From Promethearchaeota archaeon (GTDB lineage Archaea; Asgardarchaeota; Lokiarchaeia; Sigyniarchaeales; SOKP01), in NCBI GenBank assembly GCA_016839585.1, contig JAEOTZ010000050.1, positions 41,900-105,899 of the forward strand: a stretch of DNA of 64,000 nt, in the 5' to 3' direction. Made by a program: the position numbers and the translations under genes. Below, in pieces: positions 49,138 to 58,736 of the stretch. The notes under the pieces are model-generated. The model was not told the origin of the DNA, did not search any database, and saw only the letters and a program-made list of their open reading frames with translations. Position 1 is the stretch's first letter; every line of letters starts with the position of its first letter.

Positions 49138-50259
49138 CTATAAAAGATTTGGTGGGATCCCCTCATTAAAATATTTAGCACGCGTTATCCAATTTTCTGA
49201 AAATTCAGGGATCATAGCAAGTATTGAACCACCTATCCAAACAGAATAAGTTCTTTCAGTTGGTGCAATAATTCTAATAACTTGATTTTTTTTCTTTCTC
49301 CTCGCCAATTCAAGTTCTAATTCTTGGTAGATACGTGACTTAAGGTTTGGAAACATACTTGAACCCCCCGATAAAAAAATATTATTTAATAGATCAGGGC
49401 GAATATCCAAATCACAGGTTTCTACCACCTCCATGATTGCATGAGGTAATGAATCTTCTTCTAATTCTGAAGATGGATTGAATAAAAGTTCTGGAATCAT
49501 AAATCGTTCCTGATTCAGTGTTATAGTAGAACCATCTGGTAAAGAATAATCTTTTGTATATTGTTCACTCCTATTTAAATCTTCCTTATAGTCTAATGAG
49601 ACAAAACAAGCTTTTTCCTTCAACACTCTGACTAATTCTCTTCTGATAGAAGAATCTACAGACCATCCAATAGATTCTAAAATTGTTTCCATATAACGAG
49701 TTAATACTCTCCCCCCAATATCTAAAATCTTTACGGCATGTTCTATTTTATAACCCTGATAAATGGGTACTATTCTGGTATTGCTATCACCAATTTCAAT
49801 AATTAAACCGGTTTGAAAACCTCCAGAATATAATGTTAGCATAGAATCTAATACTGGATAGAACGCCATACACTGATAACGTTCTAAAAAGAGCTCAAAA
49901 ATTCTTTCTAAATCATTATATGGAAATAATGGATGTATAGCGAATAATACATTAACAAGACTAGGATCTACTCGTAAGTTATAAAAGATATAGTCAATAA
50001 TATTTTCAAAATGTTTCCAATCAACAATTATCCCCTTTTCAATAGGTTGAAATACTTTATATAAGCCAATTGATTGAATCTCATCACCTACATATAATTC
50101 TTTTTCCTCTAAATCCTTCAAACCATATTGAGTATCTAAAGATTGATATTTTGGCGTTCCAACTATAGTCAAAAACACTTGAGATGGTGTATCCTCTCCT
50201 GCAAATCCAATTTTTGAAGAAAATTGACCGATATCTAAAATAACAGTAAAATTTCCCAT
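49138..50259 (-). CDS. actin-family protein (divergent actin-related protein)
   Basis: DIGQFSSKIGFAGE, IGDSNTRIVPIYQGY, KEKACFV, YSLPDG, ERFMIPELLFNPS, LSGGSSMFP, SVWIGGSILA. Confidence 0.95.
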   Translation of the reverse strand: MGNFTVILDIGQFSSKIGFAGEDTPSQVFLTIVGTPKYQSLDTQYGLKDLEEKELYVGDEIQSIGLYKVFQPIEKGIIVDWKHFENIIDYIFYNLRVDPSLVNVLFAIHPLFPYNDLERIFELFLERYQCMAFYPVLDSMLTLYSGGFQTGLIIEIGDSNTRIVPIYQGYKIEHAVKILDIGGRVLTRYMETILESIGWSVDSSIRRELVRVLKEKACFVSLDYKEDLNRSEQYTKDYSLPDGSTITLNQERFMIPELLFNPSSELEEDSLPHAIMEVVETCDLDIRPDLLNNIFLSGGSSMFPNLKSRIYQELELELARRKKKNQVIRIIAPTERTYSVWIGGSILAMIPEFSENWITRAKYFNEGIPPNLL

Positions 50260-50369
50260 ACCTTATTATAGTTTAAATTTATTTTTAAGATAAATACCCT
50301 AAATAACTATATCTAATATAATATTATATTAAGTCTAAGATATTAATTACTTTTACACTAATAAAATTT

Positions 50370-50591
50370 TTAGTGGTGTGTAATTAATTCTTTTTGCTCT
50401 TCTCTTGCATAGCCTCCTAACCCTGTTGTAGCTATAGTAACACTAATATTTGAACCTAAATCATGATATTTGAGAATAGTAACTCCACAAGAAATTAATT
50501 CATCATCTGGATGACCAGCAAAAATAATTATCCTTTTAGGAACAACTATTGGAATTTCATTTTTACTTATCAAAAAAGGTTTATCTGACAT
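50370..50591 (-). pseudogene. truncated PIG-L/LmbE family deacetylase
   Basis: FAGHPDDELISCG...TTG motif, but only about 73 aa; no second half found. Confidence 0.7.
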
Positions 50592-50733
50592 GTAATTTAC
50601 AAGTCTCAATTCTTAATTAAAAATTTTATGACACATGATGAAATAATCTATAAATTTAGAATTGTGTAATAAAATATTAAAAATGAGACAAATATAAATT
50701 GTAGAAAAAGAAATATTAGTTTCTTTGAGTTTC

Positions 50734-51435
50734 TTATTCTCCTCTCATTATCTTTTTTAATCGGTTTAATTCGTCTAACATTTCATCACGGAGAGAACTT
50801 AATCCACCACCAGCTTTAGGAGCCATTGCAGTCATTGCTCCACCAGACGGTGTTGGAGGGCGAGCACCAGTTGGTGCCGCAGGAGGGCTGGGTCTTTTAG
50901 CAAATGAAGGTGGTTTTGCAGGTGGACCACCAGTAGTTGGTGCTTTTGGAGGAGTAGCTCCAGGAGTTGGTGCTGGAGGTAATTTTGGAGCAGGTGGTAA
51001 ATTGCCACGTATAGGAGGACCACCACTAGGCGCTTTAGGAGGAGCCCCAACAGTTGGTACTGATGGAATATCTCTCTTACCTGGACGTTTTGGAGGACTA
51101 CCGGCTATAGGGGGAGCACTAGGAGTCGCTGCTGCTGTTGCAGGTACAGGTGCACCCTCTTGACCACTTCCACTTAATAAACTAAATAATGTACTTGCAG
51201 CTTTCGTTTTTGCAGTAGTACTAGCTGGAGCAAGAACTTTTTTAGAGGAGGTACTCACAGTCGTAACTTCTTCTACAATATAAATCTCCTTTAAATCTTT
51301 TTGAGCTTTTGCTAAAGATTTAATAAAATCATTTATTCCTTTTACAGTTTCTCCTAGATCATCAGCGAGAGATGTTAAGCCTTTTTTCATAAAGTTTATA
51401 ACGCGTTCGATTTTTTTCTGTTCTTTTGAAACCAC
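50734..51435 (-). CDS. coiled-coil + proline-rich protein with C-terminal WH2-like motif
   Basis: Helical N-terminus, about 110-aa Pro/Ala/Gly-rich linker (LPPAP, GGPP), C-terminal GGGLSSLRDEMLDELNRLKKI. Confidence 0.7.
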   Translation of the reverse strand: MVSKEQKKIERVINFMKKGLTSLADDLGETVKGINDFIKSLAKAQKDLKEIYIVEEVTTVSTSSKKVLAPASTTAKTKAASTLFSLLSGSGQEGAPVPATAAATPSAPPIAGSPPKRPGKRDIPSVPTVGAPPKAPSGGPPIRGNLPPAPKLPPAPTPGATPPKAPTTGGPPAKPPSFAKRPSPPAAPTGARPPTPSGGAMTAMAPKAGGGLSSLRDEMLDELNRLKKIMRGE

Positions 51436-51726
51436 GTTTTATTCAATTCCTCTCTTGTTTTTGAAAAATAGATGATAATTTATATTACTATTATAATTGA
51501 TTATATCTTTATTATATTAATATGTATTTATATTTTTATTCCATCCGTAAATAAAATTTTAATCCTTAGTATTACCAAATTCAAAAAAAAAAACATTAAT
51601 TATTATAAATCCTAAATCTAAAAATATTATATACTATATTTCATTGTATTTATTAAAAATTATAAATTAATTAAATTTTTTAAAATAAGATATTCTTTAA
51701 CTTTTTTAATATTAGGTGGGTTAAAG

Positions 51727-51993
51727 TTGCCAAAAAAGGAACTTTTCATTAAAAGGGTGTATGAGATTGTTAATGAACTAAAAATTCCATTAATTGATGA
51801 GCGTGTATACGACAAAGTGGGTTTTAGTACGTCATCAGCAATCGCAAATGTTATCTTCAGATTTGAAGAAGATGAATCTGTAATCAGAGGGTTTCTGGGA
51901 CTTGCTGAATACTTTCATACTGTTGTGATTAAAAAACGCGATGAATTTTACATCCCACATGCCTCTATCTTGTTCCATTTGATTAGTTCATAA
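51727..51993 (+). CDS. conserved hypothetical protein
   Basis: 88-aa ORF with GGTGG SD-like sequence. Confidence 0.6.
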   Translation: MPKKELFIKRVYEIVNELKIPLIDERVYDKVGFSTSSAIANVIFRFEEDESVIRGFLGLAEYFHTVVIKKRDEFYIPHASILFHLISS

Positions 51994-52103
51994 AGATTCT
52001 TTATTTTTTTTACTTTTCTTTTATTATCATATGAATTAAGTACTTCAGAATTAAATTTTTGTTAGATAGCATGGAAATTTTTTAATATTGAATTAATCAA
52101 GAG

Positions 52104-52814
52104 CTAAATATTTGAGATGTAATACTGGGAATTATTTAATATTTCCATTACTTCCTTCTCAGGAACATCATACCAATTTTTGTATGCATCAGCAACAGCA
52201 AACCACATGACATCTCGAATATTAGGGCAAAAGATCTCATCCACCTCTAGAATAATTCTTTTAACTGTTCTCGAAGGAGCAGTTGGTACAGCTATAAAAA
52301 TTTTAGTAGGGTTATACTTTTTTATCATTTTAATTGCCGCTAACATCGTAAAACCTGAAGCTAATCCATCATCAAATATGAAAATATATTTATTTTGAAT
52401 ATTTTTCTTATAATGTTCTTCTAAATTTACATCTTTATTATAAAATTTCAGTCTTTCTTGAATCTCCTGTTTTGTTAAATCAATTGAATCTTCTACTGCT
52501 TTTTCAGAAAGCCCCAATCGATTTAGTAGAGGTTCATTAATTAATATAGTGCCATCTGTAGTAACAGATCCAAAGCCTGCTTCTGTATTAAAAGGTATTT
52601 TTATTTTTCGTACGATTAAAATGTCATATTTGATGTTAAATTTGGAGCAAAAACCCTCACTTACAGAAATTCCTCCATTAGGAATGGCAAAACAAAAAAA
52701 ATAATTGGAATCTTGATTAATAAGGCTATTTAATACTTTAGCTTCCTCTTTAATAAATTCTGCTAAAAATTCTCCTGCTTTAAATCGAGATTCATATTGA
52801 TGTAATTTCATCAA
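52104..52814 (-). CDS. type I phosphoribosyltransferase family protein
   Basis: IPNGG, VRKI..PFNTEAGFG, IFDDGLASGFTM PRPP loop. Confidence 0.88.
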   Translation of the reverse strand: MMKLHQYESRFKAGEFLAEFIKEEAKVLNSLINQDSNYFFCFAIPNGGISVSEGFCSKFNIKYDILIVRKIKIPFNTEAGFGSVTTDGTILINEPLLNRLGLSEKAVEDSIDLTKQEIQERLKFYNKDVNLEEHYKKNIQNKYIFIFDDGLASGFTMLAAIKMIKKYNPTKIFIAVPTAPSRTVKRIILEVDEIFCPNIRDVMWFAVADAYKNWYDVPEKEVMEILNNSQYYISNI

Positions 52815-53018
52815 TACTAAAAAATAATATAATAATAAATAAAGTTAATCTAACATAGTTAGATTATTTAGTTTCTCGAAATTATAATAGAAATAAAAGA
52901 TTTAACTCTACCTTTTACATTTTTTTATAAAGTACCAATAAATATAAAAACCAAAACAACCTCTTATTTTCTTAATCAAACTTTAAAATTTAAAATATAA
53001 GAATATATTTGATGTTTT

Positions 53019-55445
53019 ATGAGAAATTTCAAAAAGAGTAAACTATACGTGTTAATTCTGTTAATTACTATTCCTACACTATTAGCATTAAGCTCACTAA
53101 TGACAAATGTTCAAGGAGGTCCTGACGATATACCTGTCGCACATCCTAACAATGGATGGCACTGGGATGTTGAAACAGGAGATCGGATCTATTTTGAAGG
53201 AGAATTCATCTTAACAAATGCTAGTACAGATGAAATCTATATGATGTTTAAGGATATCTGGATTTATAACATAACTTCTATTAAAAATGTAACAATTGAT
53301 GCTGGTTTTGGAGTAAGGGATTACTCTCAAGTGAACGCCACAAGTTGTTATTATGATCTTTCTGAGATAGAAGCATATGATGATCCCCAAGAACTTGCCC
53401 TCTTCGGATATAATGCTTCTGATCCAATTAAGCATAAATATATGGCAGGTCACAATGGAATGCCTTTTTTACTTCCTTTGAACGACTCAGTTATAGAAGT
53501 AGATATTTTAGCAGATATATTAAATGAATCATTTTATGGTTCCCCAATGTATCAAATGGCATTCAATCGTTTTGATTATTATGAATCAGGATCAAATAGG
53601 ATATACTTTTATAATACATCTGAATTTTATTTCACTGAGGGGTATTATTTTGATAATGGAACAATGGAAAAAGGGTCAGCATTCTTAACTGCTAACATGG
53701 GTGCAGGTCCGATATACATAAATGCTACAATGAAACAGGTCTTCGATTATAATGTCACGGATGAGGTTGAGTGGGGTGTAAATGTTGGAGATACCTTTTA
53801 CTATGATGCAATTGAAAATGAAGATACAGTTAATGACGCTATGGATTGGAAACTAAATATTTCAGGCTTTTCTGATATTTTATTAAATAAAACTAAAAAT
53901 GGATTCTCAGAGGAAGAACCAGTTTACATGGTATATCAAGCTGTTTATGCTGAAAGGTCCATGTGGAATGGAACTGATTATGAATATTTCGACAATGTAA
54001 TGGTAGGTACAGCTAATAATTTTTATCCTCAATACTATGATGATGCAGCAGAGGATGGAGTAATGCCTTTCATCTGGCCCATTAATGTTCCAAAGGAACA
54101 CATTGAATTTATGTGGAATAATGATACAGTTCGCATCTGGGAGAGCCTGCAATTTGATGAGGTATACATTTATGAAAATGGATTTTATGATTTTTATTTA
54201 AGGAATTCCACAGGTATAGATTACGTACGAATTAATGTAAGTAAAACTACGGGTGTTGCACACTATTTTCTAATGTTTAGTAGTGATAATTTTATGTTAT
54301 TTGAATTAAAAACTCAGACTTTAGTCGATTGGTCAGTAAATATCGGCGATATCATTTATTTCAAACAAAATGATGATTATGAGGATGGTTTTACTGATAT
54401 TAGAGTAACAATAACTGAAACACATACATATTTCGTGAATATGACATTTCTAGTAGAATATTATAATTATTATGGAATTCCAATGATCCTACCTTCAGGT
54501 CAACCAGAGTATCAGTTTTTCTCTTATATAGTAGCTTCTTATGAAGAATGGAATCCATCAACACAATCATGGGATTATCATGGTACAAATGACTTAGCTA
54601 TAGCAAACATCTATTGGCCAATATCACCATTAATATTTGTGGATATTAGTGGAGCGCCAATGCTATTGCCTGAAGATACATCTAGTTCTGAACTTACAGG
54701 TATTTTTGATATGTTTAGCCCTATTTATGATGATATAACTTATAGTACTGGATTAGTAATCCTCAGAAATTCGACTTTGGATAGAACATTATATTTCTAT
54801 TTCGATGAGGCTTCAGGTAAAGTGACTATGATGCATGGATGGGGCAATATGCCAATTCCAGGCGCTGAATGGAATTATATGACATATTATCCTAAATTTT
54901 ATAGACAATTATCTAATGGGACTAATTTTTTTACGATGAATAGTGATTTCATAACCGATATGACGCTCACGGTTGAGCTTAATGTTGCAGCTGTAGGAGG
55001 ACCTCTACCAGAATATATCTATAATTTCCTTTCAATGAATCCTGTTAATGTGTCTGTGCCTGAAGGTACCCCATTAGCTTATATTGATCAACTTTTTACT
55101 TATTATCCATTAATTAATGGCAATATAACGATGACAATGACACTTCCATCATCTATAGATCTTAATGACATTGAACTTCGATTTTATGCTTTTAATATGA
55201 GCGGAACATTAGAATGGGACGAAGCGCCTCCTGATTTTTATACTACTATCATTTATGATTACGGTACAAATTCATTTACTATTGAAACTCCCGCTTGGCC
55301 TTGGGGAACGATATCTGCAATATCTTATATCTCAGAGCCGACAGAAGAGCCTATCATCCCAGGATATAACGTATTGATCTTCGTAATAGGTATAATTGTA
55401 ATTTCAGCACTACTAATCAAATGGAAACGTAAGAAAAGTATTTAA
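53019..55445 (+). CDS. secreted surface glycoprotein with three repeats and Loki-CTERM-like anchor
   Basis: Signal peptide; repeats WDVETGDRIYF / WGVNVGDTFYY / WSVNIGDIIYF; many NxS/T sequons; IPGYN + TM + KRKK tail. Confidence 0.8.
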   Translation: MRNFKKSKLYVLILLITIPTLLALSSLMTNVQGGPDDIPVAHPNNGWHWDVETGDRIYFEGEFILTNASTDEIYMMFKDIWIYNITSIKNVTIDAGFGVRDYSQVNATSCYYDLSEIEAYDDPQELALFGYNASDPIKHKYMAGHNGMPFLLPLNDSVIEVDILADILNESFYGSPMYQMAFNRFDYYESGSNRIYFYNTSEFYFTEGYYFDNGTMEKGSAFLTANMGAGPIYINATMKQVFDYNVTDEVEWGVNVGDTFYYDAIENEDTVNDAMDWKLNISGFSDILLNKTKNGFSEEEPVYMVYQAVYAERSMWNGTDYEYFDNVMVGTANNFYPQYYDDAAEDGVMPFIWPINVPKEHIEFMWNNDTVRIWESLQFDEVYIYENGFYDFYLRNSTGIDYVRINVSKTTGVAHYFLMFSSDNFMLFELKTQTLVDWSVNIGDIIYFKQNDDYEDGFTDIRVTITETHTYFVNMTFLVEYYNYYGIPMILPSGQPEYQFFSYIVASYEEWNPSTQSWDYHGTNDLAIANIYWPISPLIFVDISGAPMLLPEDTSSSELTGIFDMFSPIYDDITYSTGLVILRNSTLDRTLYFYFDEASGKVTMMHGWGNMPIPGAEWNYMTYYPKFYRQLSNGTNFFTMNSDFITDMTLTVELNVAAVGGPLPEYIYNFLSMNPVNVSVPEGTPLAYIDQLFTYYPLINGNITMTMTLPSSIDLNDIELRFYAFNMSGTLEWDEAPPDFYTTIIYDYGTNSFTIETPAWPWGTISAISYISEPTEEPIIPGYNVLIFVIGIIVISALLIKWKRKKSI

Positions 55446-55712
55446 ATTTAATTAAACTTTTTTTTTATTTTATTTTTATTAGCTACAACTAAATTGTTTT
55501 AAAAATATTTCAAAAATGATATTACTCAATACAGATAGGTAAAAATTTTTATCATAATAGCGATAAATAAATATTTTAACTAAAATAAAAAGCAGATAAT
55601 TAACATTTCAACATTTTATAGGAAATTTTTAATAATTTATTTCATTAAAATTTTATAACAAAATGTTTGAAGATAATAATTCCTATTCATTGGATTCTGA
55701 TGAGGATGACAT

Positions 55713-56267
55713 ATGGAGTCTCAAGACACTAAAGGAAAGATCGTTAAAGAATCATTACCATCAGAAATTATTTCTATCGTGGGAGATATCCTTGCGGGGA
55801 TTGTTCTTTCACTTTTAATAGTGCCATTTGAGAGTTTTCTAATCTTAATATTAATAGTTCCTGCATTATTATCATTAAGAGGAAACATAAGTGGACCATA
55901 TATTGCAAGAACTTCAAAAGATCTAATTATTGGAGAGTTTAATAGAAAATCCTTGATTGAAAATATACTCGCTACTTATGTTTTGTCAATAGTAACAGCT
56001 TTCATTATTGGTGTTTTTAGTATAGTTTTAAACATATTTTTGATAAAAATCCCTATTGTTTCAAATATAATGCTTATCGAAATTCCAATAATAACTATAT
56101 TAATAACATTATCTATATCCATCCCTTGCTCAACTGGCTTAAATTATTTGGCATTTAAATATGGATTAAATCCTAATAATGTTGTAAATCCTATAATGAC
56201 TGCGATTGACGATTTTTTTACAGTTATTAGTTTTTACTTATCTTTAATAATGTTGGGGGTTCCCTAA
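55713..56267 (+). CDS. MgtE/SLC41 membrane domain protein 1
   Basis: PALLSLRGNI, GLNPNNVVNPIMTAIDD. Confidence 0.85.
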   Translation: MESQDTKGKIVKESLPSEIISIVGDILAGIVLSLLIVPFESFLILILIVPALLSLRGNISGPYIARTSKDLIIGEFNRKSLIENILATYVLSIVTAFIIGVFSIVLNIFLIKIPIVSNIMLIEIPIITILITLSISIPCSTGLNYLAFKYGLNPNNVVNPIMTAIDDFFTVISFYLSLIMLGVP

Positions 56268-56819
56268 ATGGAATATTTCAAGAAAATCTTTAAAGAATCA
56301 ATCATAATTGTGATAATATCTTCATTTATGGGCTTAATCTCTGGAACAGTATTATCTAGTAATGAGAGAATTTTATACAGTTTTCCAATTATACTTTTAA
56401 TTTTACCATCTCTAAATTCTTTAATTGGAGATATTTCTACAGTTCTAAGTTCTCGCTTAACTTCGCATCTATATATAGGAATTATACCGCCAAAAATTCA
56501 GAAATCTGATAGATTAAAAGAAGATTTTTATGGTCTCTTAATAACAATTTTATTAAGTCTAATTGCATTAATTGTTCTAGGATATAGTATGGGAATAGCT
56601 ACTGGAATAGAAATTGTTAATCCCGTTTTAATCATTATCATTTTATTATTTACAATTCTATTACTTTTTGTATCAATGTTTATTTTTCTATTTATTAGTG
56701 CAATTTTCATTTTTAAACAAGGAAAAGATCCAAACAATTTCTTAATCCCTTTTGTAACTTCACTCGCAGATTTTTTAACACCATTATTTCTTATTATATT
56801 TATCCAAATATTTATTTAA
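56268..56819 (+). CDS. MgtE/SLC41 membrane domain protein 2
   Basis: PSLNSLIGD, GKDPNNFLIPFVTSLAD. Confidence 0.85.
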   Translation: MEYFKKIFKESIIIVIISSFMGLISGTVLSSNERILYSFPIILLILPSLNSLIGDISTVLSSRLTSHLYIGIIPPKIQKSDRLKEDFYGLLITILLSLIALIVLGYSMGIATGIEIVNPVLIIIILLFTILLLFVSMFIFLFISAIFIFKQGKDPNNFLIPFVTSLADFLTPLFLIIFIQIFI

Positions 56820-56849
56820 AATAAAGAAAGGAGTAAAAAAAGTAAACCA

Positions 56850-58094
56850 ATGCCAGAGAAAAAAAGAAAGTTTAAGTATAAGCCCCTATCATTGAAGGAT
56901 ATTCTTAAAGAAATGAAACAGAGCATTGACTTAATGATAGACTTGGCTTATAGCGCAATAAAGTTTAGTAGCAAAGAAATAGCTGATGAGGCTTCCAAGA
57001 TAGAAAATCGTATCCATGAATTAATATTCCTTCTAAACTTGCAAATAATTCAAACCCAAGCTGGAGGAGTAAAAGAAGCTAAAAAATTAGAGCCAATTGT
57101 GGTGATGGGATATTCTATCGATAAAATTTCAGATGCTCTTGCTGACATTGCTAGAGTTGTATATATTAACAGCGATATAAGTGAATTTACACAATTATTT
57201 TGGGATGAGGTTCCAGAACCCATAGTAAAAATTACAGTAAGACAGGGCTGTGAATTTATTGATAAATATCGCAGAGAAATTCATTTTAGGTCTAAGCATG
57301 GAGTTGATCTAATAGCAATTAGGAGAAAAAACAATTGGTTATTTAATAAAGATGAAAAAGTCTTAAGAGATGATAATTTAATCATAAAAGGAGAACTTGA
57401 ACCGATAAGAGAACTTAAAAAAATAGCTAAAGATGAGGGAGAATTCTCTTTCAATTTAGATAATCGAGAAAAAGAACCTGAATTCGATCTTCAAAATCCA
57501 GAAATTTTTGATTCCCTTCAAGATTTAAAAAGAGATTATATCTATATAACTGATATTTCTGAAACTATGATTGAATTGGCTTTAGCAGCTCTTTTTATTA
57601 AGAGTTATGAGGTTGCAGAAGATGTTTTAGAAATGGAAGAAATAATGGATGGGCTTAATATTACATTTGAAAAGGATTTACTAGATTTTGCGCACACACT
57701 TGATTCTCCAAGATCTCTAACGGGTATAATGCGTATTGTGTTTTCATGTGAACAAATTGCTGATGCTGCAGCTCATATAGCAGAAAATATATTAAAGGGA
57801 TTTGAACCTCATTTTATATTCCAAAAGGCTATTAAAGAAACACCTGAAATCGTTGTTCGAGAAACATTATCAGAAGACTCCTACTTTAAAGGAAAAACTT
57901 ATAAAGAGCTTCAAGATAAACGCTATAAAAGAGGATTCCACATTATAGCGTTAAAAAGAGAAAATAAATGGATTTACAGTTTTAAACCGGATTTTATTTT
58001 TCATAAAGGTGATTTACTTATTGGTTTAGGTCCTAAAGAGACAGTAGAAGAATGGAGAAGATGCGTTCATCCAGAAATATTTCAAGAGGAATAA
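56850..58094 (+). CDS. tandem PhoU + TrkA_C (RCK_C) regulatory protein
   Basis: Two repeats of (M.DLAYSA...D.ISDA..DIA) + (IAIRR..W). Confidence 0.85.
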   Translation: MPEKKRKFKYKPLSLKDILKEMKQSIDLMIDLAYSAIKFSSKEIADEASKIENRIHELIFLLNLQIIQTQAGGVKEAKKLEPIVVMGYSIDKISDALADIARVVYINSDISEFTQLFWDEVPEPIVKITVRQGCEFIDKYRREIHFRSKHGVDLIAIRRKNNWLFNKDEKVLRDDNLIIKGELEPIRELKKIAKDEGEFSFNLDNREKEPEFDLQNPEIFDSLQDLKRDYIYITDISETMIELALAALFIKSYEVAEDVLEMEEIMDGLNITFEKDLLDFAHTLDSPRSLTGIMRIVFSCEQIADAAAHIAENILKGFEPHFIFQKAIKETPEIVVRETLSEDSYFKGKTYKELQDKRYKRGFHIIALKRENKWIYSFKPDFIFHKGDLLIGLGPKETVEEWRRCVHPEIFQEE

Positions 58095-58101
58095 AATCTA
58101 G

Positions 58102-58701
58102 ATGAGATGGAACATGGAAAAGAATAAGATCTATGATAGATTAAAAAAGACATTAATTGAAATTGCTAATCAAATCAATATAAATTCCGATACGATTGAT
58201 TTTGATAAGATTTTAGAATTAGTTAATCTAATTTTTACAATAAAATCTGAAAATAATAAAGTATTTGTATATGGGGCAGGGAGATCTGGTTTTATAGGGC
58301 GTTGTTTTGCTCAAAGATTAATGCATTTAGATATTAATTCTTGCTTTATTTCTGATGCCGTTACACCTCGCTATACTAAAAAAGATCTTCTTATTTTAAT
58401 TAGTGGCAGCGGAGAGACAGCATCCCCCGTCGCAATAGCAAAAAATGCTAATGAAATTGGCGGAAAAATTATATTATTTACAACAAAACCCGATAGTTCA
58501 ATTGGAAAATTAAGTGATATAGTTATAGAAGTTATAGGAAAGAGTAAAGATGTAGCAATAACTAAGGAATCTCTTGCTCCCTATACAAGTCTATTTGACA
58601 TTTCTACATTATCGGTTTTAGATGCAATTGGAAGTGTTTTAATGAATGTTTTAAACGTTTCTGAAACTGACATTGATAAACGTCATGCTTCAATTGAATA
58701 A
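58102..58701 (+). CDS. hxlB: 6-phospho-3-hexuloisomerase (SIS domain)
   Basis: VYGAGRSG...FAQRLMHL, ISGSGET, AP..SLFD, RHASIE. Confidence 0.85.
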   Translation: MRWNMEKNKIYDRLKKTLIEIANQININSDTIDFDKILELVNLIFTIKSENNKVFVYGAGRSGFIGRCFAQRLMHLDINSCFISDAVTPRYTKKDLLILISGSGETASPVAIAKNANEIGGKIILFTTKPDSSIGKLSDIVIEVIGKSKDVAITKESLAPYTSLFDISTLSVLDAIGSVLMNVLNVSETDIDKRHASIE

Positions 58702-58736
58702 AAATCTAAGTAAAAATATTTCAAATAAGCAAATCA

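Noticed and set aside
50734-51435. GC-rich patch suggesting foreign DNA or an RNA gene
   Set aside because: Accounted for by Pro/Ala/Gly codons of the ORF
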